DNA from: Candidatus Bathyarchaeum tardum
GTDB taxonomy: Archaea; Thermoproteota; Bathyarchaeia; Bathyarchaeales; Bathyarchaeaceae
Assembly (NCBI GenBank): GCA_024650005.2
Contig: CP122380.1
Location: 1,600,001 to 1,664,000, forward strand
Direction: 5' to 3'
Length of the DNA stretch: 64,000 nt
Both the position numbers and the translations under genes were made by a program. Of this stretch, positions 9,300 through 19,588 are shown piece by piece. How positions within the stretch are numbered: position 1 is the first letter of the stretch; each line of letters opens with the position of its first letter. The notes under the pieces were generated by a model, which did not search any database, was not told the DNA's origin, and saw only the letters and a program-made list of their open reading frames with translations.

Positions 9300-10490
9300 T
9301 TAGGTACACCATCCTTTTTGGGACAGGATTTTAGTAATTTCTTGGTCTAGATCAGATGCTGGAACTCGCGACAGGCTAATCATTGTTGTTTTTCCCCGTT
9401 GCCCAACTCCAGAAACCATGGTTTCGAGTATTCCAGTAGCAGAAAGAGAATTTACATACTTCCAAAGCTGAGTATGCCCCCGAGGTTTTTCGTTATACTC
9501 TTCACAGGCAAGAGCGTATGATTCTTCCGCGTCCCCCATGGAAACGTGAGCAGAATCGCTCTGTTTGAAGTGTCTTGCCACACCTAAAAGAAACAGTTTT
9601 TCATGTAAACTAAGTTCAACAATCATGTCTCTGCGCACAACAGGATAAACACTGGCAACAGCATTTCTGACACACTCCGGGGTAACTTCTTGCAGTTCCG
9701 AGGCATCAGCGTATTTACCCGCCCGCCATAATAGTTCAATAGAGTATCGGGCGTTTCCTTGCTCGGCGTTTCCCAGTTCGGCAATAAGGGTTAGAGTTTG
9801 AGGAGGCACAGTGCCGTCTATGAATGCAAGATCTACTCTGTTGGCGAGAATGTCTTCGAGTTGTGATTCTGAGTAATCGGTTAACCGTATTATGTTGCGT
9901 TGTAGAGTGCTTCTTGTGCTGGGGTCTAAAGATTCCAGTTGTTCATCCTGTCGAAGAATGCAAATAAGGGATAATCGTTTAGGGGCATCAATTCGGTCTT
10001 CTTGGATTCTTGAAAGATTGTACAAGGGATCTGAGCCTTCATTTTGGACAAGGGATTCTAATTCGTCTAAAGTTAAGATCAAGTACGCGTCTTTGTCGTC
10101 AAGAATTTGCATTAACGCTTGAAGTAATTCTTCAGCGGAGTATCCCCGTCGTGGGAAGTTAGGATAAAATTTTGCTATAGTCCGTTGAAGAATCATGAAC
10201 AGACTGCCTTTGCATTCACGGCAGTTGATGTGAATGTAATTTAGATTGATTTTGCGTTCTTTTGCTTCTTTTACAATGTTTAAACCAAAATGTTGCGAAA
10301 GAACAGTTTTGCCAGTTCCGATGTTCCCCATTATTAAGGTCCGTTGAGTCATTTTTCCGGGGTTTTCTACAGTAAAACGGAAGAATTGGTTTAACAAGTT
10401 GAGTTGGAGTTTTCTGTGAAGCAATTGGGATGGGACATAGTTTATGTCAAGTTTGCTTTCATCTTTGAAAACACTAGAGTACCGCGACAT
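9300..10490 (-). CDS. cdc6: Orc1/Cdc6 replication initiation protein
   Basis: LDINYVP..L.HR, GNIGTGKT, INC, LTLDELE, GNARYSIELL, C-terminal winged helix. Confidence 0.94.
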   Translation of the reverse strand: MSRYSSVFKDESKLDINYVPSQLLHRKLQLNLLNQFFRFTVENPGKMTQRTLIMGNIGTGKTVLSQHFGLNIVKEAKERKINLNYIHINCRECKGSLFMILQRTIAKFYPNFPRRGYSAEELLQALMQILDDKDAYLILTLDELESLVQNEGSDPLYNLSRIQEDRIDAPKRLSLICILRQDEQLESLDPSTRSTLQRNIIRLTDYSESQLEDILANRVDLAFIDGTVPPQTLTLIAELGNAEQGNARYSIELLWRAGKYADASELQEVTPECVRNAVASVYPVVRRDMIVELSLHEKLFLLGVARHFKQSDSAHVSMGDAEESYALACEEYNEKPRGHTQLWKYVNSLSATGILETMVSGVGQRGKTTMISLSRVPASDLDQEITKILSQKGWCT

Positions 10491-10633
10491 TTCTTAGCCC
10501 TTTTTTCCTCTTATGAATTTCATAGTGTTTTTTGTCTCTTTAAAAGGTTATTGAGGTCCCACAAAGGCGAAAATTGGTTTGACCATGCGAAATATTATAA
10601 GAAAAAAGCAACAAATATAATTGGGGATAAATT

Positions 10634-11473
10634 TTGTCAAACATTGGAGATATGTTAACTAACATGATTTCAGACATCATTGCTGCCTTGCCAGCGATTA
10701 TTGCGGCTATAATCATTGTTCTCATTGGTTATTTTGCTGGAAAATTTGTTGGCCGTGCAGTAAACAAAGTCATTGAAAAAATGGGAATAGAAAAAAGTTT
10801 TGACCAAACAGACACTGGAAAAGCCTTCAGGTCCGCAGGAATGGATATGTCCTCTTTCGTGGGAGGAGTAACTACAGCATTTATTCTAGTCATATCGATA
10901 GTACTTGCAATACAGGTCCTAAATATTGAAGGAGCAATCGGTGGGTTCCTAGTTGATCTTGCAAGTTATCTGCCCAGACTTCTCGGCGGAATAGTGATAA
11001 TAGTTGTCGGAAGCGTTCTAGTTGGCTTTTTGGCCACCCTTGTTGGAAACACACTCAAACCAATATTTCCTAAAGCTAAAGTCGAAATAGCAGACATGCT
11101 ACAAAGCCTGCTTCAGATAGGATTGATAGCAGTTATCATAATCATTGCATTAGACGTAATGTTGCTTTCAGGCGAACTTGTTTATTCACTGATTTTGGGC
11201 TTTGTCATAATTGGAGCCGGAATAGCATTAACAGATGGATTAATTAAATCCATTACCGACGATCACAAGGAATTTGTAGACGTTGCAGGATACGCAAAAT
11301 TTGTGCTGTATAGCATCTTCTTGATTATTGGTGCAGGAGCAATCTTTTCCACATTCGAAGGCGTAACAAACATAGTCGCAAACGTATCATGGGCATTCGC
11401 AATAGCAATGGGCATAGTGCTGGTTCCAGTGATTTACAGTCTAGCTAAAAAAATGAGCAAAGAAGCAAGCTGA
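10634..11473 (+). CDS. Multi-TM protein with mechanosensitive-channel TM-helix (CmpX-like) repeats
   Basis: Repeated LPAIIAAIII / YLPRLLGGIVI helices. Confidence 0.7.
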   Translation: MSNIGDMLTNMISDIIAALPAIIAAIIIVLIGYFAGKFVGRAVNKVIEKMGIEKSFDQTDTGKAFRSAGMDMSSFVGGVTTAFILVISIVLAIQVLNIEGAIGGFLVDLASYLPRLLGGIVIIVVGSVLVGFLATLVGNTLKPIFPKAKVEIADMLQSLLQIGLIAVIIIIALDVMLLSGELVYSLILGFVIIGAGIALTDGLIKSITDDHKEFVDVAGYAKFVLYSIFLIIGAGAIFSTFEGVTNIVANVSWAFAIAMGIVLVPVIYSLAKKMSKEAS

Positions 11474-11484
11474 TAACCAATCAC

Positions 11485-11500
11485 CCCTTTTTCTTTTTTT
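11485..11500 (+). terminator. Oligo-T archaeal terminator
   Basis: CCCTTTTTCTTTTTTT just after the stop at 11473. Confidence 0.5.
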
Positions 11501-11629
11501 CTACCATCAAAATTATTGAAAATGTTGAAACATTTCTGCAATTGTATAATATGGAAAAACAGATGATATAGTAATCAATACCAAGGACCGGAGAAAACAA
11601 AACTGAAACATAAAACATTTCTGCTCTGT

Positions 11630-12784
11630 TTGATTCTTATTGCAATTGTTGTTTCACCTGTTTTTTTGATAATGGTTAATAACAGTCAGGGTTCAGAACC
11701 AGAATTCTTTGTCGGCGTAGAATATGCTATCGACAACTATAGTGTTGAAGGCTGCAAAGCATTAGTTGATAAAGTGAAAAATTACACAAACGTGTTTATT
11801 ATTGACACCGTCGGGATAACGTACGACATAAACAACCTGAATGAAGTGTCCGATTACGTTTACGATTCAGGACTGCATTTTTACGTTTTCTTCATTGGTT
11901 TACGCCAGCAACAAGACGATGGCGACTTCGTTTTGAGATACAATTACTACCCCCACATGTGGATTGCAGATGCAAAAGAAAAATATGGTGACAAATTTTT
12001 AGGCGCTTACGCCATGGATGAACCAGGAGGTCACCAGTTAGATGATGGCAGTTTCCAGATGGTTAAATCTGCGAATAACCAATCAGAAGCTGCAGAAAAT
12101 TTTGTTTACTTGCTTAACGGGCACATCAGTTATTATTCATATGCTCGAGATTGTGAAAACATCAAGTTACTAACTGCAGAGTATGGCTTGTACTGGTTTG
12201 TTTACAAAGCAGGATACGACATCGTTTTAGTTGAATATGCATGGAACCATAGTAGACCATTACACACTGCCCTTTGTAGAGGAGCAGCAAACCTACAAAA
12301 CAAAGAATGGGGCGTTATGGTCACATGGACGTATAATGATGTTCCTTACATTATTTCAGGGGAAGAACTCTACGATGATTTGGTTTCAGCATATCATGCG
12401 GGGGCAAAATATGTCACAATTTTTGACCATCCGGACACAGACTATTCGGAGTATGGCATTTTAACAGATGAGCATTTTGAGGCCCTTGAAAAGTTTTGGA
12501 ATTATGTGAAAGCAAACCCTTCAAAACATGGAAACTTCAAGGCTTCTGCGGTTTATGTTCTTCCTGAAAATTTTGGTTTTGGTTTTCGCAGTGAGAACGA
12601 CAACATCTGGGGGTTATGGAGTGGAAACACCGATGATCGAACAGAAAAAATTTGGAATGATGTTAACCAGTTAGTGGAAAAATATGATTTTAGTTTGGAC
12701 ATTGTCTTCAGTGATCCACTATACAACGACAACCTTCAATGGCTATATGAAGAAGTTTTTTTCTGGAATGAACCAATAGATTAA
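11630..12784 (+). CDS. Membrane-anchored/secreted hypothetical protein (possible glycoside-hydrolase-like barrel)
   Basis: Hydrophobic N-terminus; FLGAYAMDEPGG motif; Tyr/Trp-rich; start may be upstream at CTG 11603. Confidence 0.7.
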   Translation: MILIAIVVSPVFLIMVNNSQGSEPEFFVGVEYAIDNYSVEGCKALVDKVKNYTNVFIIDTVGITYDINNLNEVSDYVYDSGLHFYVFFIGLRQQQDDGDFVLRYNYYPHMWIADAKEKYGDKFLGAYAMDEPGGHQLDDGSFQMVKSANNQSEAAENFVYLLNGHISYYSYARDCENIKLLTAEYGLYWFVYKAGYDIVLVEYAWNHSRPLHTALCRGAANLQNKEWGVMVTWTYNDVPYIISGEELYDDLVSAYHAGAKYVTIFDHPDTDYSEYGILTDEHFEALEKFWNYVKANPSKHGNFKASAVYVLPENFGFGFRSENDNIWGLWSGNTDDRTEKIWNDVNQLVEKYDFSLDIVFSDPLYNDNLQWLYEEVFFWNEPID

Positions 12785-12818
12785 CGGTCTACATCAGATG
12801 AGGGGTTATTAAGTTTCA

Positions 12819-13316
12819 ATGAACATTGATTCAACTTTAGTTTCGAATCTTTCAACCCGGGGAGTCTACACATTATTGCTTTTTATTTCAAAAGAGATTA
12901 CAGTAACTGCAGGAAAACTGGGTAAACAAACGTTTCCAAAGGGATATTACACGTATACTGGATCAGCGTTAGGCAAAGGATCTTCCTTGAAACACAGAAT
13001 TTCTAGGCATCTAAAGAAACACAAAAAGATGTTTTGGCACATTGATTACTTGATGGTAGATTCTAACGTTTCAGTTAAGGCAATTGTTATTACTGAAACA
13101 GGTGAAAAAATTGAATGTAAAGTAAACAGTTACTTGATGTGGACAGTTGGAACAAAAAATTTGGTTAAGGGCTTTGGGGCTTCAGATTGTAATAATGGGT
13201 GTAAAAGTCATTTGTTGTTTTTTGCAGAATTGGTTGACCCAAACAAAATTGTTCAGGAACTTTTAGCTCAGTTACAGTTATTGCCAGATGTATCGTCTGT
13301 TATTGTCATTAAATAA
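12819..13316 (+). CDS. GIY-YIG nuclease family (DUF123)
   Basis: GVYTL, GYYTYTGSA, RISRH, FWHIDYL, GFGASDC..GCKSHL. Confidence 0.88.
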   Translation: MNIDSTLVSNLSTRGVYTLLLFISKEITVTAGKLGKQTFPKGYYTYTGSALGKGSSLKHRISRHLKKHKKMFWHIDYLMVDSNVSVKAIVITETGEKIECKVNSYLMWTVGTKNLVKGFGASDCNNGCKSHLLFFAELVDPNKIVQELLAQLQLLPDVSSVIVIK

Positions 13317-13332
13317 TAGTGTGTTCAAACAG

Positions 13333-13971
13333 TTATTCATTTGTGCTTCGTTTTTTTGGGATTATAGTCAAGGTTAAAAAGAATCCAGCAAGGAAACCTC
13401 CCACGTGGGCTGTGTGGGCTACGTTTTCGATTATTCCTGAGGATACATAGGCGGTTTCTGTTAAGATTGTTATGAAAACAAATAAAATAACTGGAAGGGG
13501 CAGAGGGATGAACCCAAATAGTTTAAGGATCCATCGAAAAGGAAACAAAATAGCAAAAGCTGCAAGGATTCCAAATATTGCTCCTGAGGCTCCAATTGTA
13601 GGTATGGTTGATGAGCTATTTAGGTATGCATGGAATAGCCCAGCCATGATTCCACATATTAGGTATAGTGCCAAAAATTTTAGGTTGCCTAGTTCTCGTT
13701 CTACTGCGTCGCCACTGAGCAATAAGAATAACATGTTAAGTCCAAGGTGAAACAGGTCGGCATGCAAGAACATGGAAGTAACCAAAGAAGGAATGTGATT
13801 GCCGTTCATTATTTGAGCGGGTACAAGTCCATAAGTTGTAACCAATTCAGTATAAGATTCAGGGTTTGTGATCGCTCGAATGAAAACTAGAATGTTGATG
13901 GCAATGAGTAAGTATGAAAATATTGCAATTTTTGACGACAAAGTCAATCTACCCTGAAAGGTTAACTGCAT
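13333..13971 (-). CDS. Rhomboid intramembrane serine protease
   Basis: SMFLHA.LFHL..NM, IGASGAIFG, AHTAHVGGF. Confidence 0.93.
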   Translation of the reverse strand: MQLTFQGRLTLSSKIAIFSYLLIAINILVFIRAITNPESYTELVTTYGLVPAQIMNGNHIPSLVTSMFLHADLFHLGLNMLFLLLSGDAVERELGNLKFLALYLICGIMAGLFHAYLNSSSTIPTIGASGAIFGILAAFAILFPFRWILKLFGFIPLPLPVILFVFITILTETAYVSSGIIENVAHTAHVGGFLAGFFLTLTIIPKKRSTNE

Positions 13972-14099
13972 AATTCTTGTCAGGAGCAATAAAATCTTTT
14001 TGTCAGTAAACATTCAGTTTTTGATGAATAATTGTTAATAGGGGAACATTTACAGAATGTTTTAACAGGACAAAAAACACAGCAGTCCTCTAAAGGGAA

Positions 14100-15173
14100 G
14101 TGAAACAAACGCCAAAAACAGTTCTAGTTTATTCGCCAAAGTATCTATGGCACAAAACAGGACCCCGCCATCCTGAGGTTCCATCTCGTCTTCGGGTGAT
14201 CAATAGGGAACTAAAGAAAAGCGGTATTCTAGGAAACAAGAACTGTTTTGTTGTTGAACCAGAACCAGCAAGCATTAACGATTTGAAATTAATTCATGAT
14301 ATTGGTTACATTAATGTAATTAAACAGGTTTGCAGTTGTGGAGGGGGACTGATAGATGAACAAGATACCGTGGTTTCATCTAAATCTTACGAAGTAGCTC
14401 GTTTGGCTGCAGGGGGAGCTTTGAAAGCAGTTGATTATGTGATGGATAAAAAGTACAATAATGGTTTTGCTTTTGTTAGACCACCAGGGCATCATGCAGG
14501 TTTTAATTATCCCATGGGTTTTTGTGTTTTCAATAATGTTGCTTTAGCTGCAGCTCATTTGTTGAAGAATTTCAGTCTTGAACGTGTGCTAATTTTGGAC
14601 ATTGACGCCCATCATGGGAATGGAACCCAAGAAATTTTTTATAACAACCAGAAGGTGCTCTACATTAGCATGCATGAAGACCCCATCGAGTTTCCGTTAA
14701 CAGGTTTTGCCGACGAAGTTGGGGAAGGAAAAGGCAAAGGATATTCTGTTAATGTTCCCTTTCCTTATGGGATCGATGATAAAATTTTTCTAACAGGTTT
14801 CAATGAGGTTGTGGCGCCAATAATTCACCAATATAAGCCTCAGTTCATTTTGGTTTCTACCGGATTTGACAGCCACTACTCGGATCCAGTAGGGAACTTG
14901 TATGTATCATCACGTAGTTACATGAAAATTTTTGATTTTGTTTTGGAGATCGCAGCAAAGTTTTGTCAAGGAAAAATTGTATCGGTTCTAGAGGGCGGTT
15001 ATAGTATGCAGTTTCTTGGAAAACTTGCATGCGCAGTTACTGCAAAAATGGCTGATATTCCATACTTTATCGATGATAAACCGTATTGTGCAGAGCCAAT
15101 AGTGCAAAAGAAGGCCAAGTTTATGTTAAGACAGATTAAAAAGAGTCAATCTCATTTTTGGGACTTGAAATGA
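14100..15173 (+). CDS. Histone deacetylase family protein
   Basis: HPE.PSRL, RPPGHHA, GFCVFNN, DIDAHHGNGTQ, GFDSH..DP, LEGGY. Confidence 0.93.
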   Translation: MKQTPKTVLVYSPKYLWHKTGPRHPEVPSRLRVINRELKKSGILGNKNCFVVEPEPASINDLKLIHDIGYINVIKQVCSCGGGLIDEQDTVVSSKSYEVARLAAGGALKAVDYVMDKKYNNGFAFVRPPGHHAGFNYPMGFCVFNNVALAAAHLLKNFSLERVLILDIDAHHGNGTQEIFYNNQKVLYISMHEDPIEFPLTGFADEVGEGKGKGYSVNVPFPYGIDDKIFLTGFNEVVAPIIHQYKPQFILVSTGFDSHYSDPVGNLYVSSRSYMKIFDFVLEIAAKFCQGKIVSVLEGGYSMQFLGKLACAVTAKMADIPYFIDDKPYCAEPIVQKKAKFMLRQIKKSQSHFWDLK

Positions 15174-15222
15174 AAAGAGCTTTACTAAAAAGATAAATGA
15201 ACTTAGGTAATAACAAGGTCAA

Positions 15223-15489
15223 TTGGTGAATAAGATGAAAGAGTGGCAGGTTACCCTTGGGGGTTCCATTGTTATGTTTGCTGCAGGAATTGTTATGTTT
15301 TTGTGGGCAAACAGTCTAGAGATTCCAACCACATATTTTGGATATAATGATTATTTTCTGGTATCCAATCAGTATTTTACCGTGTTTTTGACGGGTGTAC
15401 TTTTTGTTGGATTCAGTGGAGCATTTTTGATCTGCACGTTACTGGTTTATCAGTTGGAACAAAAAATTGCTAAACTGGAAAAAAACTAA
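15223..15489 (+). CDS. Small 2-TM membrane protein
   Basis: Two hydrophobic helices; sits in a co-directional gene run. Confidence 0.65.
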   Translation: MVNKMKEWQVTLGGSIVMFAAGIVMFLWANSLEIPTTYFGYNDYFLVSNQYFTVFLTGVLFVGFSGAFLICTLLVYQLEQKIAKLEKN

Positions 15490-15535
15490 CCAATAAACGG
15501 TTTTGTTGGCAGAACAAGTTCGTGGAGGAAGCAGG

Positions 15536-16540
15536 TTGGAGTCTTGGGTTGCTGCAAGAAATGCGTTGCAGAATGTTCTTGAAGCCTGTGAGGGTGAAAG
15601 AATTCTAGTAATATGTGATGAAGAAAAAGCAGATATTGGGCAAGCCTTTGCTAAAGGTGCACTTTCTCTTGGGTTGTGGACTAGGTTTTTGGTTCTTGAA
15701 AAACAGAGTGAAATAAGAACTGAGATTCCAGAATATTTGCAGTTGACCTTATCTCAAAAACCTGAAATTTTTGTCAACATATTAACTGGGAACCGTGAAG
15801 AAACTCCCTTTAGGATCAAGATAATAAAAACAGAAATTGCTGATCACCAGTCCCGTTTGGGGCATTGTCCAGGGGTTACTTTGGATATGCTCACAGATGG
15901 AGCTTTAGCTTTGTCTGCAGTGGAGCATAAACAGTTGCAAAATCATGCAGATAAACTCATGAAGGCATTAGAAGGTGCAGTGAGTGTTAAAGTTTGTAGC
16001 AAATCCGGAACAGATTTGACATTGGGGGTTGAGGGTCGTAGTTTTTTCACAGATACCAAGCTGGATTGGGAGTTGATGAAATGGATGAACTTGCCAACAG
16101 GGGAGGTTATTGTTGCTCCTGTAGAAAACAGGATGAATGGAAAGCTTTTTTGTGACTTGGCTATTGGCGGTATCGGTAAATTAAAGCACCCAGTAGAGAT
16201 CAACGTAAAAGACGGCAAAGTTGAATCCGTGTTTTGTGAGGATCCAGAACATTTGCGTAGAATCAAACAGACTTTTTCCACAGACCAGTGGGCGAATGTT
16301 GTTGGGGAGTTTGCTTTTGGGATTAATCCGAAAGCTAAGTTCGTAAACGAGTTTTTGGAGGCAGAAAAAATGTTGGGAACAATCCATGTAGCATTTGGTG
16401 CGAACACGGATATGCCAGGGGGCAAGAATTTGTCACAAAATCATATGGATTTGATGGTTTCGGAGCCTACAGTGACAATTACCAAAAAAAATGGAAAAAC
16501 GGTTGCTGTGCTTCAAAAAGGCGTGTTTTTAGTCACTTGA
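15536..16540 (+). CDS. Aminopeptidase (thermophilic metalloprotease M29-like)
   Basis: NLPTGEV, GEFAFGIN, EAEKMLGTIHVAFG.N, HMD; GGAGG SD before TTG 15536. Confidence 0.88.
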   Translation: MESWVAARNALQNVLEACEGERILVICDEEKADIGQAFAKGALSLGLWTRFLVLEKQSEIRTEIPEYLQLTLSQKPEIFVNILTGNREETPFRIKIIKTEIADHQSRLGHCPGVTLDMLTDGALALSAVEHKQLQNHADKLMKALEGAVSVKVCSKSGTDLTLGVEGRSFFTDTKLDWELMKWMNLPTGEVIVAPVENRMNGKLFCDLAIGGIGKLKHPVEINVKDGKVESVFCEDPEHLRRIKQTFSTDQWANVVGEFAFGINPKAKFVNEFLEAEKMLGTIHVAFGANTDMPGGKNLSQNHMDLMVSEPTVTITKKNGKTVAVLQKGVFLVT

Positions 16541-16819
16541 AACTGTAGTTTCTTCTTGTTCAGTGAGGGATTCGTCAAGAATTTTTCCGATGGTTTCGTA
16601 GGAGCTCTCTTTTATGATTCCTTGCTGCACTAGGACTTGGAGCATTTCAGCAAAGTTTTCTTTGGTTAAGACTCCGGTTTGCATTAATTCGTTGATAGTA
16701 TCCAGTTCTTTGTGTTTAATTGTTTTGTCTTTTCTTGCAAGGTGCACAATTATGATTAAAAGAAGGGCGACCAACCCGGCTAGAGGAAGAATTAGAAAAT
16801 AGAACTCTGCGGGATCCAT
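16529..16819 (-). CDS. Small membrane-anchored protein with SHOCT-like tail
   Basis: N-terminal TM then repeated L...GVLTKENF / LVQQGIIKESSY. Confidence 0.6.
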   Translation of the reverse strand: MDPAEFYFLILPLAGLVALLLIIIVHLARKDKTIKHKELDTINELMQTGVLTKENFAEMLQVLVQQGIIKESSYETIGKILDESLTEQEETTVSSD

Positions 16820-16943
16820 GATGGGATATTGTTTTGGGAGTAATATACTGTTTATGAATTCGGGGTAAATTTTAACCTGCAAAAGCGATACAGTAAAACA
16901 TTACAATTGGTAACTAAAATTACTAAAAAAGCAGGTAAAACAT

Positions 16944-18149
16944 ATGAAGTACATACTTATTCTTGGAGACGGAATGGCAGATTACCCAATAGCCGAACTT
17001 GGCGACAAAACACCCCTTCAAGTGGCAAACAAGCCCAACATGGATTTAATTGCAGCCAAAGGCCAGAACGGATTATTGAAAACAGTTCCAGATAGCATGA
17101 ATCCAGGTTCGGGACCTGCAATTTTGTCTGTTCTAGGCTACGATCCACAGGTATATTATTCAGGACGAGGACCATTAGAAGCAGCCGGCAGAAACATCCA
17201 TTTGAACAAACAAGATGTAGCCTTTAGATGCAATTTGATTACAGAAAAAGACGGTAAATTGATTGATTATGCTGCAGACCACATTTCAAGTAAAGAAGCT
17301 TCTCAGCTGATAGAAGAAATCAAGGAAAAAACGCCCAGACCAGATAATATTGAATTTTTTGTTGGTTTGGATTATCGACATTTTTTGGTAATCCGAGATT
17401 ACTTACCTAAAGAAATAGTGGATTGCACCTTGCCACATAATGCGATTGGAGAAAAGGTTTCAGACATTTTGCCAAAGGCAGAATCTGAAAAAGCAAAAAA
17501 TGTAGAAAAAGAACTAAAGGAGATGATTTTGAGTTCTAAGGCAATTTTGGAAAATCATCCTGTGAATCTTGCCCGAGCAAAAGTTGGTAAAAATCCAGGC
17601 AACATGATTTGGCCGTGGGGTGGGGGTCGCGTTCCTGTTTTGCCTACGTTTAAAGAGCGGTTTGGTGTAAGTTCAGCAGTGATTTCTGCGGTAGATTTAG
17701 TGAAAGGCATTGGGAGGTATGCAGGAATGAAGGTTGTCGAGGTCCCCGGTGTTACAGGTTTATTTGATACTAACTATGAGGGAAAAGCCGATTATGCGTT
17801 AGAGGCATTGAATGATTATGATTTGGTGTTTGTTCATGTGGAAGCTCCAGATGAAGCAGGGCACGCTAAAGACTACGAACTAAAAATTAAGACGATTGAG
17901 GATTTGGACAAACGGCTGATTGGGCGCATAATGGATAACATCGATCAGGATGTTGCCCTTGCTGTTTTGCCTGACCATCCCACTCCGATAAAAATTGGCA
18001 CCCACACCCGTGACCCCGTGCCCTTTGCAATATACAATCCAACAAACCCCCCTGATAATATCAAACAATTCGACGAACAAAACGCCAAAAACGGCAAATA
18101 TGGCACAATAGAAGGACCAACCTTCATGACAAAATTTCTAAACAAATAA
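16944..18149 (+). CDS. apgM: Cofactor-independent phosphoglycerate mutase family (ApgM-like; proposed homoserine-kinase subfamily)
   Basis: LGDGMAD.P...LG.KTPL, PGS, GRGPLEA, AFRCNL, ISAVDLVKGIG, HVEAPDEAGH, PDHPTP, HTRDPVP. Confidence 0.88.
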   Translation: MKYILILGDGMADYPIAELGDKTPLQVANKPNMDLIAAKGQNGLLKTVPDSMNPGSGPAILSVLGYDPQVYYSGRGPLEAAGRNIHLNKQDVAFRCNLITEKDGKLIDYAADHISSKEASQLIEEIKEKTPRPDNIEFFVGLDYRHFLVIRDYLPKEIVDCTLPHNAIGEKVSDILPKAESEKAKNVEKELKEMILSSKAILENHPVNLARAKVGKNPGNMIWPWGGGRVPVLPTFKERFGVSSAVISAVDLVKGIGRYAGMKVVEVPGVTGLFDTNYEGKADYALEALNDYDLVFVHVEAPDEAGHAKDYELKIKTIEDLDKRLIGRIMDNIDQDVALAVLPDHPTPIKIGTHTRDPVPFAIYNPTNPPDNIKQFDEQNAKNGKYGTIEGPTFMTKFLNK

Positions 18150-18546
18150 TCAGTTTAACAGCAAGGTTCAAAACACGGCCATAAATTAAGTCAAAAAACA
18201 ATAGCAGCATAAAAATTTGCTCCTTCTTTAGAATTACTGAAATCCATGTATCTAGTTTCAGGATTCATCATTATTTCACTGTCCCATTGAAGCTCTTAAT
18301 CTATCTGCAAAATATCGTGAAATATCCATGTTCAACCTGCTGGGCATGCAATTATCTGACCACAATGAATAATTGTCATAACCAATTTGCTCAAATCTTA
18401 AAAAAATTGATGCTTTAGTTCCAAAGAATCCAAAATTAGGTGTATACAAAGGTTGATTGGTTGTGGTGATTATTTATTAGTCGTAATTGTAATTATGGGT
18501 GTTAATGTAATTAGTGGTTAACGTATGGAGCAGGTTGAGCGATAGA

Positions 18547-19572
18547 ATGAGGATTATTTTGGTGGGTTGGGGCGTTGTTGGTCAGAGTTTGGCTCAAATT
18601 TTTTTGGACCGAAAAAAGGATTTGGCGAAAAAGTATGGTTTTCGCCCCCGAATTGTTGCAGTAGTTGATAAAAAAGGCGCAGCCATAAACCCGAAAGGGT
18701 TAGACCTTAAAGAAATGCTCAAATTAAAAAAACAGCACGGAACGGTCTCGGCAAGCATTCAATACGGCAAATCCGACATGACCGCCCTAGAAGTCATCGA
18801 ATCTGTTGAGGCAGAAGCCATGATAGAAGTAAGCCCTACCAACATCGAAACCGCCGAACCGGGACTATCATATATCAAATCTGCATTCAAAACAAGCAAA
18901 CACGTGGTTACCACAAACAAAGGACCATTAGCTTTAGCCTTGCCTGCTTTGACTGAGCTTGCAGAATTCAACAACGTTCAACTAAGATTTAGCGGAACCG
19001 TAGGTGCAGGAACCCCAGTTTTGGAGTTTGCCAAAAACTGTTTGCAGGGCGACAAAATCCTTTCAGTTAGCGGAATTTTGAACGGAACAACCAACTATAT
19101 CTTAACGGAAATGGACGAAAAACACCTCACTTTTGATGTAGCTCTGAAAGCAGCCCAAGAACTAGGTTTTGCTGAAGCGGATCCTACCATGGATGTTGAT
19201 GGTTACGATGCAGCGGCAAAACTTGTGATTATGGCGAACTGGATTATGGATAAAAAAGTCACAATTAACGACGTGGAAATTAAGGGGATACGGGATGTTT
19301 CAGCTAAAGACATTGCTGAGGCTAACAAGAAAGGCTGCACCATTAAACTGATTGGCTCCATTACAGAAAAACTAAAAGTTGAGCCTCAACAAATATCCAA
19401 ACATCATCCCTTGGCTGTGGACGGGGCATTGAACGCAGTGACCTTTGTTTCCGAGTCAGCGGGAGAACAAACAATAATTGGTCTAGGAGCAGGCGGAGTC
19501 GAAACCGCAAGCGCAGTACTGCGAGACCTTCTAGACATAAAACAAACTATCGCCCACAAAATGGCAACATAA
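18547..19572 (+). CDS. hom: Homoserine dehydrogenase
   Basis: VGWGVVG, VVTTNKGP, GILNGTTNYIL, AEADPTMDVDGYDAAAK, GAGGVETASAV. Confidence 0.95.
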   Translation: MRIILVGWGVVGQSLAQIFLDRKKDLAKKYGFRPRIVAVVDKKGAAINPKGLDLKEMLKLKKQHGTVSASIQYGKSDMTALEVIESVEAEAMIEVSPTNIETAEPGLSYIKSAFKTSKHVVTTNKGPLALALPALTELAEFNNVQLRFSGTVGAGTPVLEFAKNCLQGDKILSVSGILNGTTNYILTEMDEKHLTFDVALKAAQELGFAEADPTMDVDGYDAAAKLVIMANWIMDKKVTINDVEIKGIRDVSAKDIAEANKKGCTIKLIGSITEKLKVEPQQISKHHPLAVDGALNAVTFVSESAGEQTIIGLGAGGVETASAVLRDLLDIKQTIAHKMAT

Positions 19573-19588
19573 CAAGGAGAAAAAAAGC

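Noticed and set aside
18150-18460. 57-aa minus-strand ORF and an ATGATGA...CTGA pair
   Set aside because: No recognisable protein motif; the boxes are only 3 nt apart, so not a C/D sRNA
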